A stretch of 64,000 bases of DNA from an uncultured Planctomycetales bacterium (GTDB taxonomy: Bacteria > Planctomycetota > Planctomycetia > Pirellulales > PNKZ01). Each line of letters opens with the position of its first letter. The stretch's first letter is position 1. Shown here one piece after another: positions 1 to 10,686 of the stretch. Both the position numbers and the translations under genes were made by a program. Where the stretch lies: positions 7,024-71,023 of the forward strand of contig CAVQAC010000023.1 in assembly GCA_963710365.1 (NCBI GenBank), read 5' to 3'. The notes below the pieces were generated by a model. That model did not search any database, was not told where the DNA came from, and saw nothing but the letters and a program-made list of their open reading frames with translations.

Positions 1-507
1 GACCGTGGCCCCGTCGAGCGTGAGCCAGCACTCGAACGTGCATTCGCCCGGCTCATCGTCGAGCGGCCATTGCATGGGGATGCATTTGCAGTAGAGCTCG
101 CGGCCGTCGTTGCGGAACTCGATCACCCGCGAACGATGGCCGAAGCAATCGCCGCTTTGGATCGGATTCCAGCCGATGTGCAGCCAATGCTTGGGCGGTT
201 GCTTGCCGCCCGGCGTGTAGGGGACCGGACCGGCATAATATGCCATTTGAATCTGCCGCCCCAGGTCGAAGCTGTTCACCAGGTTCTGGCCGCCGACGGG
301 AGCCAGGTAGGTGATTGCCCCGCCCACGTCGAGGTCGATGCCGAGTCGGACGACGCCGTTGTCGAGATAGCTCATCCCGCGCGGCGAGTCCGGCTTCTCA
401 GCCTGAGCCAAACCGGCGAACGAGTTCAGCGCAACAAAAGCGCAAAACGAAAACGACAAGGCGAATGGTATGGCGGACAGGCCGGAGGGACGGAAGATAT
501 TTACCAC
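1..507 (-). CDS. secreted hypothetical protein (3' part cut by window edge)
   Basis: My own minus-strand translation. GTG at 507 (or 510) is followed by IFRPSGLSAIPFALSFSFCAFVALNSFAGLAQA (signal-peptide-like). The frame then stays open to position 1 (..GMSYLDNGVVRLGIDLDVGGAITYLAPVGG..WLTLDGATV). It is missing from the ORF track because it is open-ended. Confidence 0.45.
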   Translation of the reverse strand, partial: MVNIFRPSGLSAIPFALSFSFCAFVALNSFAGLAQAEKPDSPRGMSYLDNGVVRLGIDLDVGGAITYLAPVGGQNLVNSFDLGRQIQMAYYAGPVPYTPGGKQPPKHWLHIGWNPIQSGDCFGHRSRVIEFRNDGRELYCKCIPMQWPLDDEPGECTFECWLTLDGATV

Positions 508-616
508 CACGACACAACGGACACGACGAAGACAAAGAAGGGAGACGGAAGAGAATGAAGAATAATTGCATTCCTCGTCCTCTTCTTCCGTCGTAGTGTC
601 CGTTGTGTCGTCGTGG
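503..616. repeat. long imperfect inverted repeat (hairpin of about 110 nt) between typA and the downstream gene
   Basis: Left arm TTACCACCACGACACAACGGACACGACG...GACGGAAGAG. Right arm CTCTTCTTCCGTCGTAGTGTCCGTTGTGTCGTCGTGGTAAT, which is its near reverse complement. AT-rich centre AATAATTGCATT. Confidence 0.7.
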
Positions 617-678
617 TAATCCTTCCGTTGGCTGTTCCGTTTGGCGTTCCGTGCCGAGTTGCCGCGGTTCGACCGGGA

Positions 679-2541
679 TCAACCTTTTTGTCGGCCAGCG
701 CGGCGGCGGTCGGCTTCCGCCAGGAGGATCTTTTGCGAAGGCGGATCTTGTCGGGCGTGACTTCCACGATCTCGTCCTCTTCGATGTATTCCAAGGCCAT
801 TTCCAGCGACATCAAACGCGGCGGCTTGAGGATGATGTTGCGATCGCTCCCCGAAGCCCGCATGTTGGTCAGCTTCTTTTCCTTGGTCGGATTGACCGGC
901 ATGTCGCCCGAGCGGCTGTTCTCGCCGACGATCATCCCTTCGTAGACGTCCTCGCCGGGGCCGACGAACAACTCGGCCCGATCCTGCAACCCGTCGAGCC
1001 CGAAGGCCACGGTCTTGCCGGCGACCATCGAGATCAGCACGCCGTTCGAGCGGCCGGCGATTTCGCCTTCCAGCGGACGGTACTTCTCGAAGCGATGATG
1101 GATGATCGCCGTCCCTTGCGTGGCGTTCAGCAGCCGCGTCCGCAGTCCGATCAGCCCACGGGCCGGAATCGAAAAGACGATGTGCGAGTAATTGCCGCGG
1201 GTGTGCATCTCGATCATCTGGGCGCGGCGGGTGCCGATCAGTTCCATGACCGCGCCGATGCGTTCCGGCGGAACTTCGATCACCAGCGTTTCAAACGGCT
1301 CTTCGACCACGCCGTCGACCTCGCGGGTAATGACGCGCGGCTTGCCGATCGACAGTTCGTAGCCTTCGCGGCGCATCGTCTCGATCAGCACGGAGAGGTG
1401 CAACAGGCCGCGACCGGAGACGGCAAACAGTTCCGAATTCTTCGATCGGCCGGACGCGCAAAGCGACGTTCTTTTCCAATTCCTTGTTCAGCCGATCGCG
1501 GAGGTGGCGCGTGGTCACATACTTGCCGCTGCGGCCCGAAAACGGAGACGTGTTCACGCCGAACGTCATCTCCAGCGTGGGCAGGTCGACTTCCAGCCGA
1601 GCCAAAGCCCGCGGCTGCTCGGGATCGCTGATCGTGTCGCCGATCTCGATATTATCCAGGCCGATCACGGCGGCGATGTCACCGGCGGTAGCCTCTTCGA
1701 CGTCGACTGCGGCCCAGCTTATCGAACACCTGCACGTTCGTGACCTTGGCCATCGTCACGCGGTTGCCCGACTGCATCATGCGCTACGCGCTGGCCGCTC
1801 TTGATCCGGCCAGAATTGAATGCGGCCGATCGCGATGCGGCCAACGTATTCCGACCAGTCGAGCGTCGTGCAGAGCATTTGCAGCGGACTGTCGGCGTCG
1901 ATCTCCGGCCCGGGAATGGATTCGAGCACGAGGTCCAACAGCGGCCGAATCGAATCGCCCGGCTGCTTGGGGTCGTGCGTGGCATAGCCCTCGCGCGAGC
2001 TGGCGAAGATGTAGGGGAAATCGGCCAGCTCATCATCGGCGCCTAATTCCAGGAACAGCTCGAACGTTTCGTTGAGCACTTCCTCGCGCGGGCGTCGGAG
2101 CGGTCGATCTTGTTGATGACCACGATCGGCTTGAGCCGGCATTCCAGTGCCTTGCCCAAGCACGAAGCGGGTCTGGGGCATCGGCCCTTCGGCCGCATCG
2201 ACCAGCACCAGCGCCCCGTCGGCCATGTTGAGCACACGCTCAACCTCGCCGCCGAAATCGGCGTGGCCCGGGGTATCGATGAGGTTGATTTTCACCCCTC
2301 GATAATGGATCGAGATATTTTTGGCCAGAATCGTGATGCCGCGTTCTTTCTCCAGATCGTTCGAATCGAGGATCCGTTCGCCGACCAATTGGCTGGCGCG
2401 GAACTCGCCGCTCTGGCGGAGCATGCAATCGACCAGAGTCGTCTTGCCATGATCGACGTGGGCAATAATCGCCAGGTTACGAATATCGCTCCGGCGGTTG
2501 GATGTAAGATCTTTCATCTCTAGAGATTCAGCGGTCGACAT
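679..2541 (-). CDS. typA: translational GTPase TypA/BipA (frameshifted in this assembly)
   Basis: ORF fragments 1777-2685, 2043-2243, 1719-2036, 1291-1668 and 501-1403 tile one TypA. They include [29 protein letters not shown], the central domains and [16 protein letters not shown]. There are at least 5 frame breaks. The start [11 protein letters not shown] is at 2541. The stop at 679 is inferred after correcting an A4 run. Confidence 0.9.
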
Positions 2542-2906
2542 CAGGAGCCTTGGGGGCTTGGTTTGCGGAAACCCTGGGTTGTTCGTGGCTGGGCCTGCCG
2601 CCAGGCTCTGCTGACGGCCGATTGCCGGCTCGCGCTGGAACGCAAGCCCGCACATGTGACCAGGGCGAAGGAAATCGTATGCCACGAGGCCACCGTCATT
2701 CTATCGTCTCCCCCCGCCCCAAGGACACGCCAAATAACGAGCCAATCCGCCATTTACACCCTCCGCAAAGGGGGTGCATAGCCCGATCTTGACCATCGCG
2801 GTCGATCGCAGTCAAATACATCAACATTCGTCGATGCTTATTCCCTCCGGCCACGCGACCTCGCGAGGCCCCACACAGCCACGCCTTCCCCTCGGAGCAC
2901 GCACCG

Positions 2907-4303
2907 ATGCTGAGCATTCTCGGGCGAACAGCCAAAACGTGCGATGGAGTGACACGACGCGACGTGCTTCGAGCAGGGGCATTGTCGTTGTTCGGCAACT
3001 GGTTGACGGCGCCCGCCGCGGCGGCAAGCCAGACCGGTCGCGCCCGCTCGGTGGTGCTTTTCAATTTGTTCGGCGGCCCCAGTCACCTCGATATGTTCGA
3101 CTTGAAGCCCGATGCTCCGGCCGAGATCCGCGGCGAGTTCCGGCCGATCGATTCGTCGCTCGCAGGCGTGCGGATTTGCGAATATCTGCCGCAGATCGCG
3201 CAGCAGATGAATCGGACGACACTCATTCGCACGTTATCGCACGGCTATAACAGCCACAATCCCTACGCGGTGCTGACAGGCTTCGCGGAGGGGAATGATC
3301 GCGAAAATTACTTCGCCAAACCGAACGACCATCCCAGCATGGGCGCTGTCTGCCAGTACTTGGGCATTGGCCGCCCAGACGTGCCGGGACATGTCTGCGC
3401 GCTGCGCATCCAGGTTGGAGCCAGGGTTTGCGTCGCGCTGGAATCTACGGCGGATACCTGGGAAGCCAATACGATCCGCTGGTGACGCAATGCAATGCCA
3501 AGCTGGAGCGTGAGCCCAGCGATTTCTATCACCCGGTGTTGGCCCGCGGCGTGCCGGTCGCTCCGGTTTTCACACCGCCGCCTGAAGTGACCCTCGATCG
3601 TCTGCGAAGCCGGCAATCGCTGCTGGGCCAGGTCGATGAGCAATTCGCCCGCTTCGCCAACTCGCGAGCCGTAGGCGTGATGCGCGATCAACAGCGGCAG
3701 GCCTTCGATATGCTGACGAGCAACCGGATGCGGCAAGCGTTCGATCTCTGCGCGAGCCAGCCAGCGTCCGCGAACGTTATGGCGATTCGCTCATCGGCTC
3801 GAGCACGCTCCTGGCACGCCGGTTGGTCGAGGCTGGCGTGACATTCATCACCGTGACCACCGAAGCCACGGGGAGCTGCCCATTGGGACACGCACGTAAA
3901 CAATTTCAACATGCTGCGCGAATTTAATCTGCCGCAGTTCGACCAGATTTTCTCAGCGCTCGTGGGCGACCTGGACGAGCGCGGCCTGTTGGATTCGACG
4001 TTGGTCGTGGCCATGGGCGACATGGGCCGTTCCCCACGCATCAACCGCAAGGCGGGGCGCGACCATTGGCCGCAGTGCGGTTTCTGTTTGCTGGCCGGCG
4101 GCGGCACCAAGGCAGGCTTCGTTCTCGGCGCGACCGACCGCACGGCGTCGTCCGTCGTAGAGCGCCCCGTTTCGCCGGGCGACATCGTAGCCACGATCTA
4201 CCAGTTGCTGGGCGTCGATCCCACGACCATGGTTCATGATCTTACCGGCCGGCCATTTTCGATTTCTCACGGCGGCGCGCCAATTCGCGAAGTGCTGGCA
4301 TAG
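2907..4303 (+). CDS. DUF1501 domain-containing (sulfatase-fold) protein with Tat-like signal; frameshifted
   Basis: Fragments 2907-3485, 3428-3841 and 3911-4303. Motifs: RRDVLRAGALSLFG twin-arginine signal, LFGGPSHLDMFDLKPDAP, DRGLLDSTLVVAMGDMGRSPRIN..GRDHW and GGGTKAG. This is the typical planctomycete DUF1501 pattern (from memory). Confidence 0.85.
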
Positions 4304-4329
4304 CGACGAGCAACCGTAAACCGGTCCAT

Positions 4330-5346
4330 CTACTTCTTGCCGGTCGCCGGCGCGGCCGGGCCGTTAAAGCCGTAGGCCGGATTCGCGGGGTCGAAATCGC
4401 GATCGGTCAAGCCGACATTCAACTTCAGGTCGAGATATGTGTATTCCTCCAAGAGCGGTGGCTGGCCGGTAGCGTCGGGCCAGTCGTAGGCCTCGAATCG
4501 CACTGGGAGTTTGCGAGCCTCGTCGATGTAAATCCTGGCCCGGTGGTAAAGAAAATAAGGCCGCCGTTGCGGGTGGTCCACTTCAATGCAGATTGTCTCC
4601 TGGCTTTGCACAGGAACCCGATATACGCGGACTTCACAATCGCCGTGCTTCATATCCTGCTCACCGACTTCGATCAGCCGATTCACCAGGTTCAGAATGC
4701 CGGTTTCCGTGATCGGGTGGCGATTGTCGGTGAGCGCTAAGAAATTGGTCGGTGCCAGGGCAACAGTGCCCAAAATCTGTTGAACGCCGGTGAGATGAAC
4801 CAGGAATTTGCCGTCATTGAGCCCCTCGACATAGATTACCTCACGACCGCGGATGTCAGCCGGGGCTAAAAAACGCAGGTAGACGCTGAATGGATGTTGG
4901 CGGAACTTCAGCGCCATGTGATCGGGACCGAGGAGCTGTTTGCCGACCCGCTCGCGCTTAATGAGCGTGGCCGTGTAGTCCTGGATTTTGCTGAGATCTT
5001 CCCGGAGCGACTTCGCCCAGCGGATCATTGGCGCGAGTGGATGTTCTCCCGGTTCGGCGGCAGCGAAAGGGAGCGATTGCGGACTGGCAGGCTTTGCCGG
5101 TCCGACGATCGAGTCGTAAGAGCCTGCCAATTGGCGAGTGGAATCGTCTTCGGCCACCCGGGGGCGGAATGCGTAGACAGCGGCTGCCGTCCCGGCAGCC
5201 AACACGATCGAGCCGAGCAGGATCAATCGCCAAAAACGTCGTGAGTTGCTGAACAATTTCCACTCCTCGTACGCAAAGCCGCAGAACGCTACGGTTGGCC
5301 CCACCGGATTATACGCGGCGAGTCGATCAAGTGGAGATTGCGACAA
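4330..5346 (-). CDS. membrane-anchored DUF1571-type protein (paralog of 10687-12012)
   Basis: Intact 338 aa ORF with an N-terminal TM segment (FWRLILLGSIVLAAGTAAAVYAF). The C-terminal ~230 aa align along their length with the C-terminus of 10687-12012 (GEHPLAP.IRWAK, RPFSVY..FLAPA, RLIEVGE.DMK.GDCEV, EAYDWP, LLEEYTY..LKLN). The DUF1571 assignment is from memory. Confidence 0.8.
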   Translation of the reverse strand: MSQSPLDRLAAYNPVGPTVAFCGFAYEEWKLFSNSRRFWRLILLGSIVLAAGTAAAVYAFRPRVAEDDSTRQLAGSYDSIVGPAKPASPQSLPFAAAEPGEHPLAPMIRWAKSLREDLSKIQDYTATLIKRERVGKQLLGPDHMALKFRQHPFSVYLRFLAPADIRGREVIYVEGLNDGKFLVHLTGVQQILGTVALAPTNFLALTDNRHPITETGILNLVNRLIEVGEQDMKHGDCEVRVYRVPVQSQETICIEVDHPQRRPYFLYHRARIYIDEARKLPVRFEAYDWPDATGQPPLLEEYTYLDLKLNVGLTDRDFDPANPAYGFNGPAAPATGKK

Positions 5347-5382
5347 AAGAGCTGCGGTGCAGCGCGACGTATCGGTGCGAAG

Positions 5383-7346
5383 CTATCGCCCGGCGGCCGG
5401 CAATTCGATGACGCTACGGCTGGAGAGCCCTTGCGGGCTGGCGACGACCTGTCCGACTTCCACTCCAAAGACGCCTTCGAGTTCGTCTTCGCTGGGCAGA
5501 AGCTTCTGCAAGGTTTTTACCGTACTCGCTAGGTCGGCGTCGTCTGCATCCCCCTCTTCGTGCGTTTTGAGGGTCATATTCAACAAGCTGCTGAACATCC
5601 GCCGGGTTGTCTTGACGTAGCGATTCATGTCGGTGAGGTGATACGCGAGGCCCTCGACGGGGGGCAGCAATTCGTTCGCCCGAGCGAGCAGCGCCGAACC
5701 GGTTAGCGAGGCTTGTCCGGCGGGCGGATTGCGCAGTGTGGAGAGCACGCTCTCCGTGAGACCGGCGCCGAGGCCGACGACCAAATAACCGTGGCCGACG
5801 AAGGCCCCGCCTTCATTGGGCTCGTCGAAACGAACGCCTTTGAAGCCTTGCTCTTCGACGACTTCCTTGCCCGACGCGGCCGCCACGGCATCGAACACCC
5901 GCTTCCAAAGCGCTTCGTCCTTGATTTGCCAGACGAAGGCCGACCGATCGGAAGCTGCCGCGGCCTTGTCCGGGTCATTGTCGTCGATCTCGTGCGGCGG
6001 GTAGGCCAACATGATATGCTGGCTTCCCAGCGACGCGAACAGCGTGGCCAGGTCGGCTTGCACGGCGCTCTTCAGCTGGTTCTCCACCAGGTTCAATATC
6101 GGCCGGACCTGGTCTCCCATTTCTTCCAGCAGCGGTTTTTTGATCTGTTCGAAGGCTTGCGCCAGATCCAACCGCATGTGGGCGTAGCTGACAATTTCAG
6201 CGGGCACCCATGCCGGCGGCTGCGAGGCGAGCGGGGGCTGATCGACCAGCGTCATGACTCCCGATCGAGGCTCCGCCGAAGAAAGAAAAAAGCCCGACCT
6301 CAGTAAATTCTCATCCAACGTGGCGCGATATGCCACGGCTCCAAGCTGTTCGGCGCCCAGGCCCTTTATGATGCGGTGCAGCTTCGGGTCGGTGGCGGTC
6401 TCTGCCAGCTTGACAAGCGGTCGCAAGTCGGCGAGCACCTCGATGAGCGGCACGCCCGTCGGCAGCGCGGCCGAAAGCCCGGGCGTCTGCGCGATTGATA
6501 ATGTCGGGCCGGCTTCCGTGTCGGTATGCGCCGCAATGAACCGGGCCACCAGGCCCTTCAGCGCTTCGATCGCCGGGTTCGAAGCATCGTCTGGCGGGGC
6601 CTCTCCCTTGAGCCGCTCTTGCATTTCGTCTTCGAGCGGGCCGAAATCCATGACCATCAGAAGCCGATCGCCCTGACGAGAAAGCAAGAAATGGTCCTGT
6701 CCGACGACAACCGTTTCCGCCTCGGCCCGCCCTTCGCGCAGCGCCTTACGCTCATCCGGCGAAAGCCTGCGCAGCTCATCGATGCCGACGGCCGAACGCG
6801 AGCGAGCAATGGTTTGCGACAAGTGGATGACTTTATGTCCCGCCAACTCGATATCGGTCCGGCGAATATCTTCGGACGGATGGTCTACGAGCACTTTGTC
6901 CAACGCCGCCAACAACCGCGCGGTCAGATCGCCGCCGGGCTCGAGCCAGCCAATGCCCAATGGCCGGGGCAGCTTGCCTTCGCGTGCTTCAAGCGCAACG
7001 GCAAAGCCCGCTTCACCCTGCAGAAGCAAGCCCAGGTCGCTGATTTTCAGGTCGTATTTGGCCAGCTCTTCGGTGAATTCGTGCCACTCGTTGAGCCCCT
7101 TCTCGCCGAGCAAATCTCCGATCCGATCGAGACGCTCGGAATTGAACAACAGGCGCCGAGCTTCGTGCGGGTCTTCAACAACTCGGCCACCGCATTGCCG
7201 CCGGGTATCCGCACCAAGGCAACCGTTTCCTCGGGCAGGCAGGTCCAGGAAGGTTTTAAGTCGGCCGCTGTCAGAGATTGCGAACTGGACAGTAACGCCC
7301 AGATTCCCGTGACCCACAACAACAAGGCCCGACGAACTCTCTTCAC
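5383..7346 (-). CDS. large secreted protein of unknown function (about 654 aa; one frameshift near 7150)
   Basis: Fragment 7047-7346 supplies the signal peptide (GTG start, MKRVRRALLLWVTGIWALLSSSQSLTAADL). It joins the long ORF 5383-7581 at ..LLKTRTKLGA/LLFNSERLDRIG. Its start overlaps the protease stop (GTGA). I recognise no family. Confidence 0.7.
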
Positions 7347-8347
7347 GGTCGATCTCCCTGGCCAGCGACAGTGTTGGTTTCACCCGGCTCATCGCCAACT
7401 GGCCGGGCGGCGGCCGAGGACGTGCGGAACGGCGGGGGCAGATAGGTAACGCCGTTCTGGGGCTGGGCCGGATCGTAAAGATAGGTGTCGCGATGCACCA
7501 GGAAGTCGACCAGATCGCTCGAGGGGATGCCGAACGCCAAGCCGTCGAACATGGTGGCGCCAGCGCACACAATCCCCACAACTTCTCCTCGTCCGTTGAA
7601 CAGTGGGCCGCCGCTATTGCCCGGGTTGATCGCGGCGTCGGTCTGCAACATACGAAGGTGGCCGATCGTGCGCGTGGTCGAACTGACGATGCCCTGCGTC
7701 ACCGACCGCTCCAGACCGAGTGGATTGCCAATGGCAAAGATCAGGTCGCCGACGCGCAGGTCGTCGCGGTCGTTGATGACCACTGGCGCGGGAAGTTCGC
7801 CCTTGAGTTCGGCCAGGTCGAGTTGCAGCAAGGCAATGTCGCGCAGCGGCTGCAAGGCCAGAATGCGGACGCGTTTCAATTCGTGCTTCTCATATCCCTG
7901 CTTGGTTGGCCTGAAGAGCGTGACCTGAATCTTGGTCTGGTTTTCGACGACGTGGTAATTAGTGATCAGGTGGCCTTGGTTGCTAATGATGAAGCCGGAG
8001 CCTCGACCCATGGCGTTCTTGACCATCACCACCGCATCGCCGTAGCGTTTGACTAGTTCGGGCACGTCGGCCGCATCCAACCGGCCGGTGCTGAAAATGC
8101 CTTGATCCTTGCGGGCCCCCGCACGCTGCTGTGGCTTGCCGCGGTCGATGTCGAGCAATCGCTTGGCGGGGATGTTGATCACGTCGAATCCCAGGTCGAG
8201 GACCAGCCCCTCGGGGCTCTCTCGCAACAAAGTGGCAGTAATCTTGGCGCCGCCCACCAGCGTCACCGTAACCTGCTCACCCGCATCCGCAGCGGCGCAC
8301 GCGGAAAGAAGCAACGTGGTCGTAAGAATGATGCGAACCGAGAGCAT
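7343..8347 (-). CDS. trypsin-like serine protease (S1C/HtrA-like, no PDZ), probable lipoprotein
   Basis: Intact 334 aa. Lipobox LLLSAC. Catalytic triad contexts ITNYHVV (His), DIALLQL (Asp) and GNSGGPL (Ser). Its start overlaps the stop of the upstream gene (ATGA at 8345-8349). Confidence 0.85.
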   Translation of the reverse strand: MLSVRIILTTTLLLSACAAADAGEQVTVTLVGGAKITATLLRESPEGLVLDLGFDVINIPAKRLLDIDRGKPQQRAGARKDQGIFSTGRLDAADVPELVKRYGDAVVMVKNAMGRGSGFIISNQGHLITNYHVVENQTKIQVTLFRPTKQGYEKHELKRVRILALQPLRDIALLQLDLAELKGELPAPVVINDRDDLRVGDLIFAIGNPLGLERSVTQGIVSSTTRTIGHLRMLQTDAAINPGNSGGPLFNGRGEVVGIVCAGATMFDGLAFGIPSSDLVDFLVHRDTYLYDPAQPQNGVTYLPPPFRTSSAAARPVGDEPGETNTVAGQGDRP

Positions 8348-10590
8348 CAGGGCACCTCGCGGGCCAGGTAAACGATCAGCCGATCATGGCACAACAATGC
8401 CAGATCACGCTTATTATCGCCGTCAGCATTGAAACCAAGCACCAGCCGGGGCTCGCTGGCTTGAGACTGCTTTTCGTCACCGTAAGGATAGGTCTGATCC
8501 TCGAACACCTGCCAGGAAACCAACGGCTTCAGCCCGTCGTCCGTTCGGCCGAGAATCGTCAATTGATGTCGCCGGTCGTCGAGCATTACTACGTTTTCTA
8601 CGTGCGCGTCGGAGATCGGCGTGACCTGGAACCGATTGATCGTGGCCTCTTTCACGCCGCTGGGCCGGCCAACGCGGCTATCGATGCTGTCGATCAGAAT
8701 CAATTCGACGGGCTGGCCGCGGCTGAGCCGGATCACGCGATCCTGGTCGATGAGCATCACTCCGAGCACCGCATCGTGCCGCAGGGCCGTGCCGTGCGGC
8801 GGCTTGACGCGCGTCGTAACGCGCATGATGCCGGCTTCGTCGGGCTTCAGGCGATCGACGAAGGCACCTCCTTGTTCGAGCGCCCAGGCCTGGTTTTCGG
8901 CCAACGGGACGAAACCGGCCAAGCGCTGGCCGTCGGGCAGCATGATCTGATCCGTGGGGTGCAGATCAGGCGCGAGCCATTGCAGGACCCCGTCGGTCAA
9001 CCGGCCGGCCTTCAGTTCACCGCCCATGCTGTACAGTCCGAACTCGCCGACGTCGACCTTGGCCAAATGCGCGGGCTCGCTCACCTTCAGTTTCTCGCCG
9101 TCCAATTCAATCAACTTGGCTCCTGCGGCGTAGGCCTGCTGCACGAGCAGACGCTTGCCACCCAGCCAAACGACCTTCTCGGTCTTGGACCCCGCGCCAG
9201 GAAATCGCATCCGCTCGGCCTGCTTGGCTCCCTGCGGCCAGACGTACAGATCGAGATCGGCCCCGGCGCGCTGTGCCCACCAGCATGTCGTACCGGCCAT
9301 ATCGAGCGCCAGAATTCGCCGTTCGCTGGCGGTGGCCGTCGGCGGCAATGCCTCGGGATAGGTCAATCGGCCTGAGTTCCAACGACTGGCATATAAATCG
9401 GCGGCGTCTTTGACCCACAACAACAGAGTGCCCGGTTCGGCCGGCGGAGCAACCATCGCGCGGACACCACTGATCGTCGGATAGCTTTGCTCTCCGAGCC
9501 AGCCGGTTTTGCTCAGTTCGTGAACGCGCAATCGCGGCTGGCTGGCATCGGCAGCCACGAGCGCCGGGCGCTCGTCGAGCAGCATGCCGCACCAGGCAGC
9601 CTTCGGGCCGCCGGGCATCGGGAGAGATTCTTGGCGTCCCAACTCACTTTCCTCGCCCCGTGCCAACCGATAGCGCCGAAACAAACCCTCCTGAGTGCCG
9701 CCCAGCAGTAACACTTCGGCCGGCTTGCTGTCATTGCGCAGCGCGCTGAGCCCTTGCACGGAATGTTCGTGGATCACTTGAGCCGGCAACAACGAACCCT
9801 GCACACACTCGAACCAGCGCGCCGTCTGACGTGCCTGGTTCGACCATTCCAACAAGTCCTGGTCGCCGTCGCCGTCGAGATCGGCCAGCTTCCAGTCGAG
9901 GCGGCTGCGATTCTCGCGCGGCGCGAGCCACGAGGCTCGGCTGCCCAATTCCAGCGTCACGACCTGAATTCCTTGTTCACAACTCACCAGCAACTCGCGC
10001 TGGCCGCCGGTCGTCTCGCGGAGGAGCATCAGTTCGGATCTGCCGACCGGCGTTCCGGGCAACAAATCCCAATGGCTGACTTCCTTCCATTGTTGCTGGC
10101 CGTCTTGTTCGAGAACGGCAATTTTCTGAGCCGCGGCCATGAGCACCAGCAATTCGGGGTGCTGGTCGCCGCGAACGTCGGCCGCCAAAACGTCGGACGG
10201 CAATTCGTCGAGCGGAATCTCGCTGCGACGGAAATCGGGCGCCAGCGGCAAGTCGTTGGGGCGATCGGCGTCGGCGGCCACACTTTTGCTGCGCTCGCCG
10301 GGAGGCAGCCAACGATAGACGTCCAAACGCGACTGGCGCGTATTGACGACCAGCAGTTCGTCGCGACCGTCTTCATCGAGGTCGGCCGCGATGATGCGCT
10401 CCGGCGTTCCTTCCTGATGGATGACGCGGAAGCCTTGCCAACCTTGAAGCTCGGCGGCGGCCAGAGGCGCCGCCAAAGCTAGCACGCACAAATAAGAACA
10501 GATTCGGGTCACGGGTCGGACTCTCCAGGGGGGAAGTCTGACCCAAGCGTACTGGCCCTGCGGCGGAAAATCAATGATCCTTGGAATCAC
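8347..10590 (-). CDS. FG-GAP/VCBS-like repeat (beta-propeller) secreted protein
   Basis: Intact 747 aa ORF with a signal-like CVLALAAPLAAAE. Repeated Ca-binding-like motifs: DLDEDGRDELLV, DVRGDQHPELLV, DLDGDGDQDLLE, NADGDNKRDLAL. The true start may be internal (near VRPVTRICSYL). Confidence 0.7.
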   Translation of the reverse strand: MIPRIIDFPPQGQYAWVRLPPWRVRPVTRICSYLCVLALAAPLAAAELQGWQGFRVIHQEGTPERIIAADLDEDGRDELLVVNTRQSRLDVYRWLPPGERSKSVAADADRPNDLPLAPDFRRSEIPLDELPSDVLAADVRGDQHPELLVLMAAAQKIAVLEQDGQQQWKEVSHWDLLPGTPVGRSELMLLRETTGGQRELLVSCEQGIQVVTLELGSRASWLAPRENRSRLDWKLADLDGDGDQDLLEWSNQARQTARWFECVQGSLLPAQVIHEHSVQGLSALRNDSKPAEVLLLGGTQEGLFRRYRLARGEESELGRQESLPMPGGPKAAWCGMLLDERPALVAADASQPRLRVHELSKTGWLGEQSYPTISGVRAMVAPPAEPGTLLLWVKDAADLYASRWNSGRLTYPEALPPTATASERRILALDMAGTTCWWAQRAGADLDLYVWPQGAKQAERMRFPGAGSKTEKVVWLGGKRLLVQQAYAAGAKLIELDGEKLKVSEPAHLAKVDVGEFGLYSMGGELKAGRLTDGVLQWLAPDLHPTDQIMLPDGQRLAGFVPLAENQAWALEQGGAFVDRLKPDEAGIMRVTTRVKPPHGTALRHDAVLGVMLIDQDRVIRLSRGQPVELILIDSIDSRVGRPSGVKEATINRFQVTPISDAHVENVVMLDDRRHQLTILGRTDDGLKPLVSWQVFEDQTYPYGDEKQSQASEPRLVLGFNADGDNKRDLALLCHDRLIVYLAREVP

Positions 10591-10686
10591 CCGCCCGACG
10601 TGCGAGCGGAGTTTATGTCCTCAAATTGCAGCTTCACGTCCTTCGCTTCTGCGTCGAGTTGGTGTTTGGCACCTCGACCGTCGACG

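Noticed and set aside
70-558. 162 aa plus-strand ORF at the window start
   Set aside because: The opposite strand carries an open frame with a convincing signal peptide and balanced composition running to the window edge. The plus-strand ORF is its shadow.
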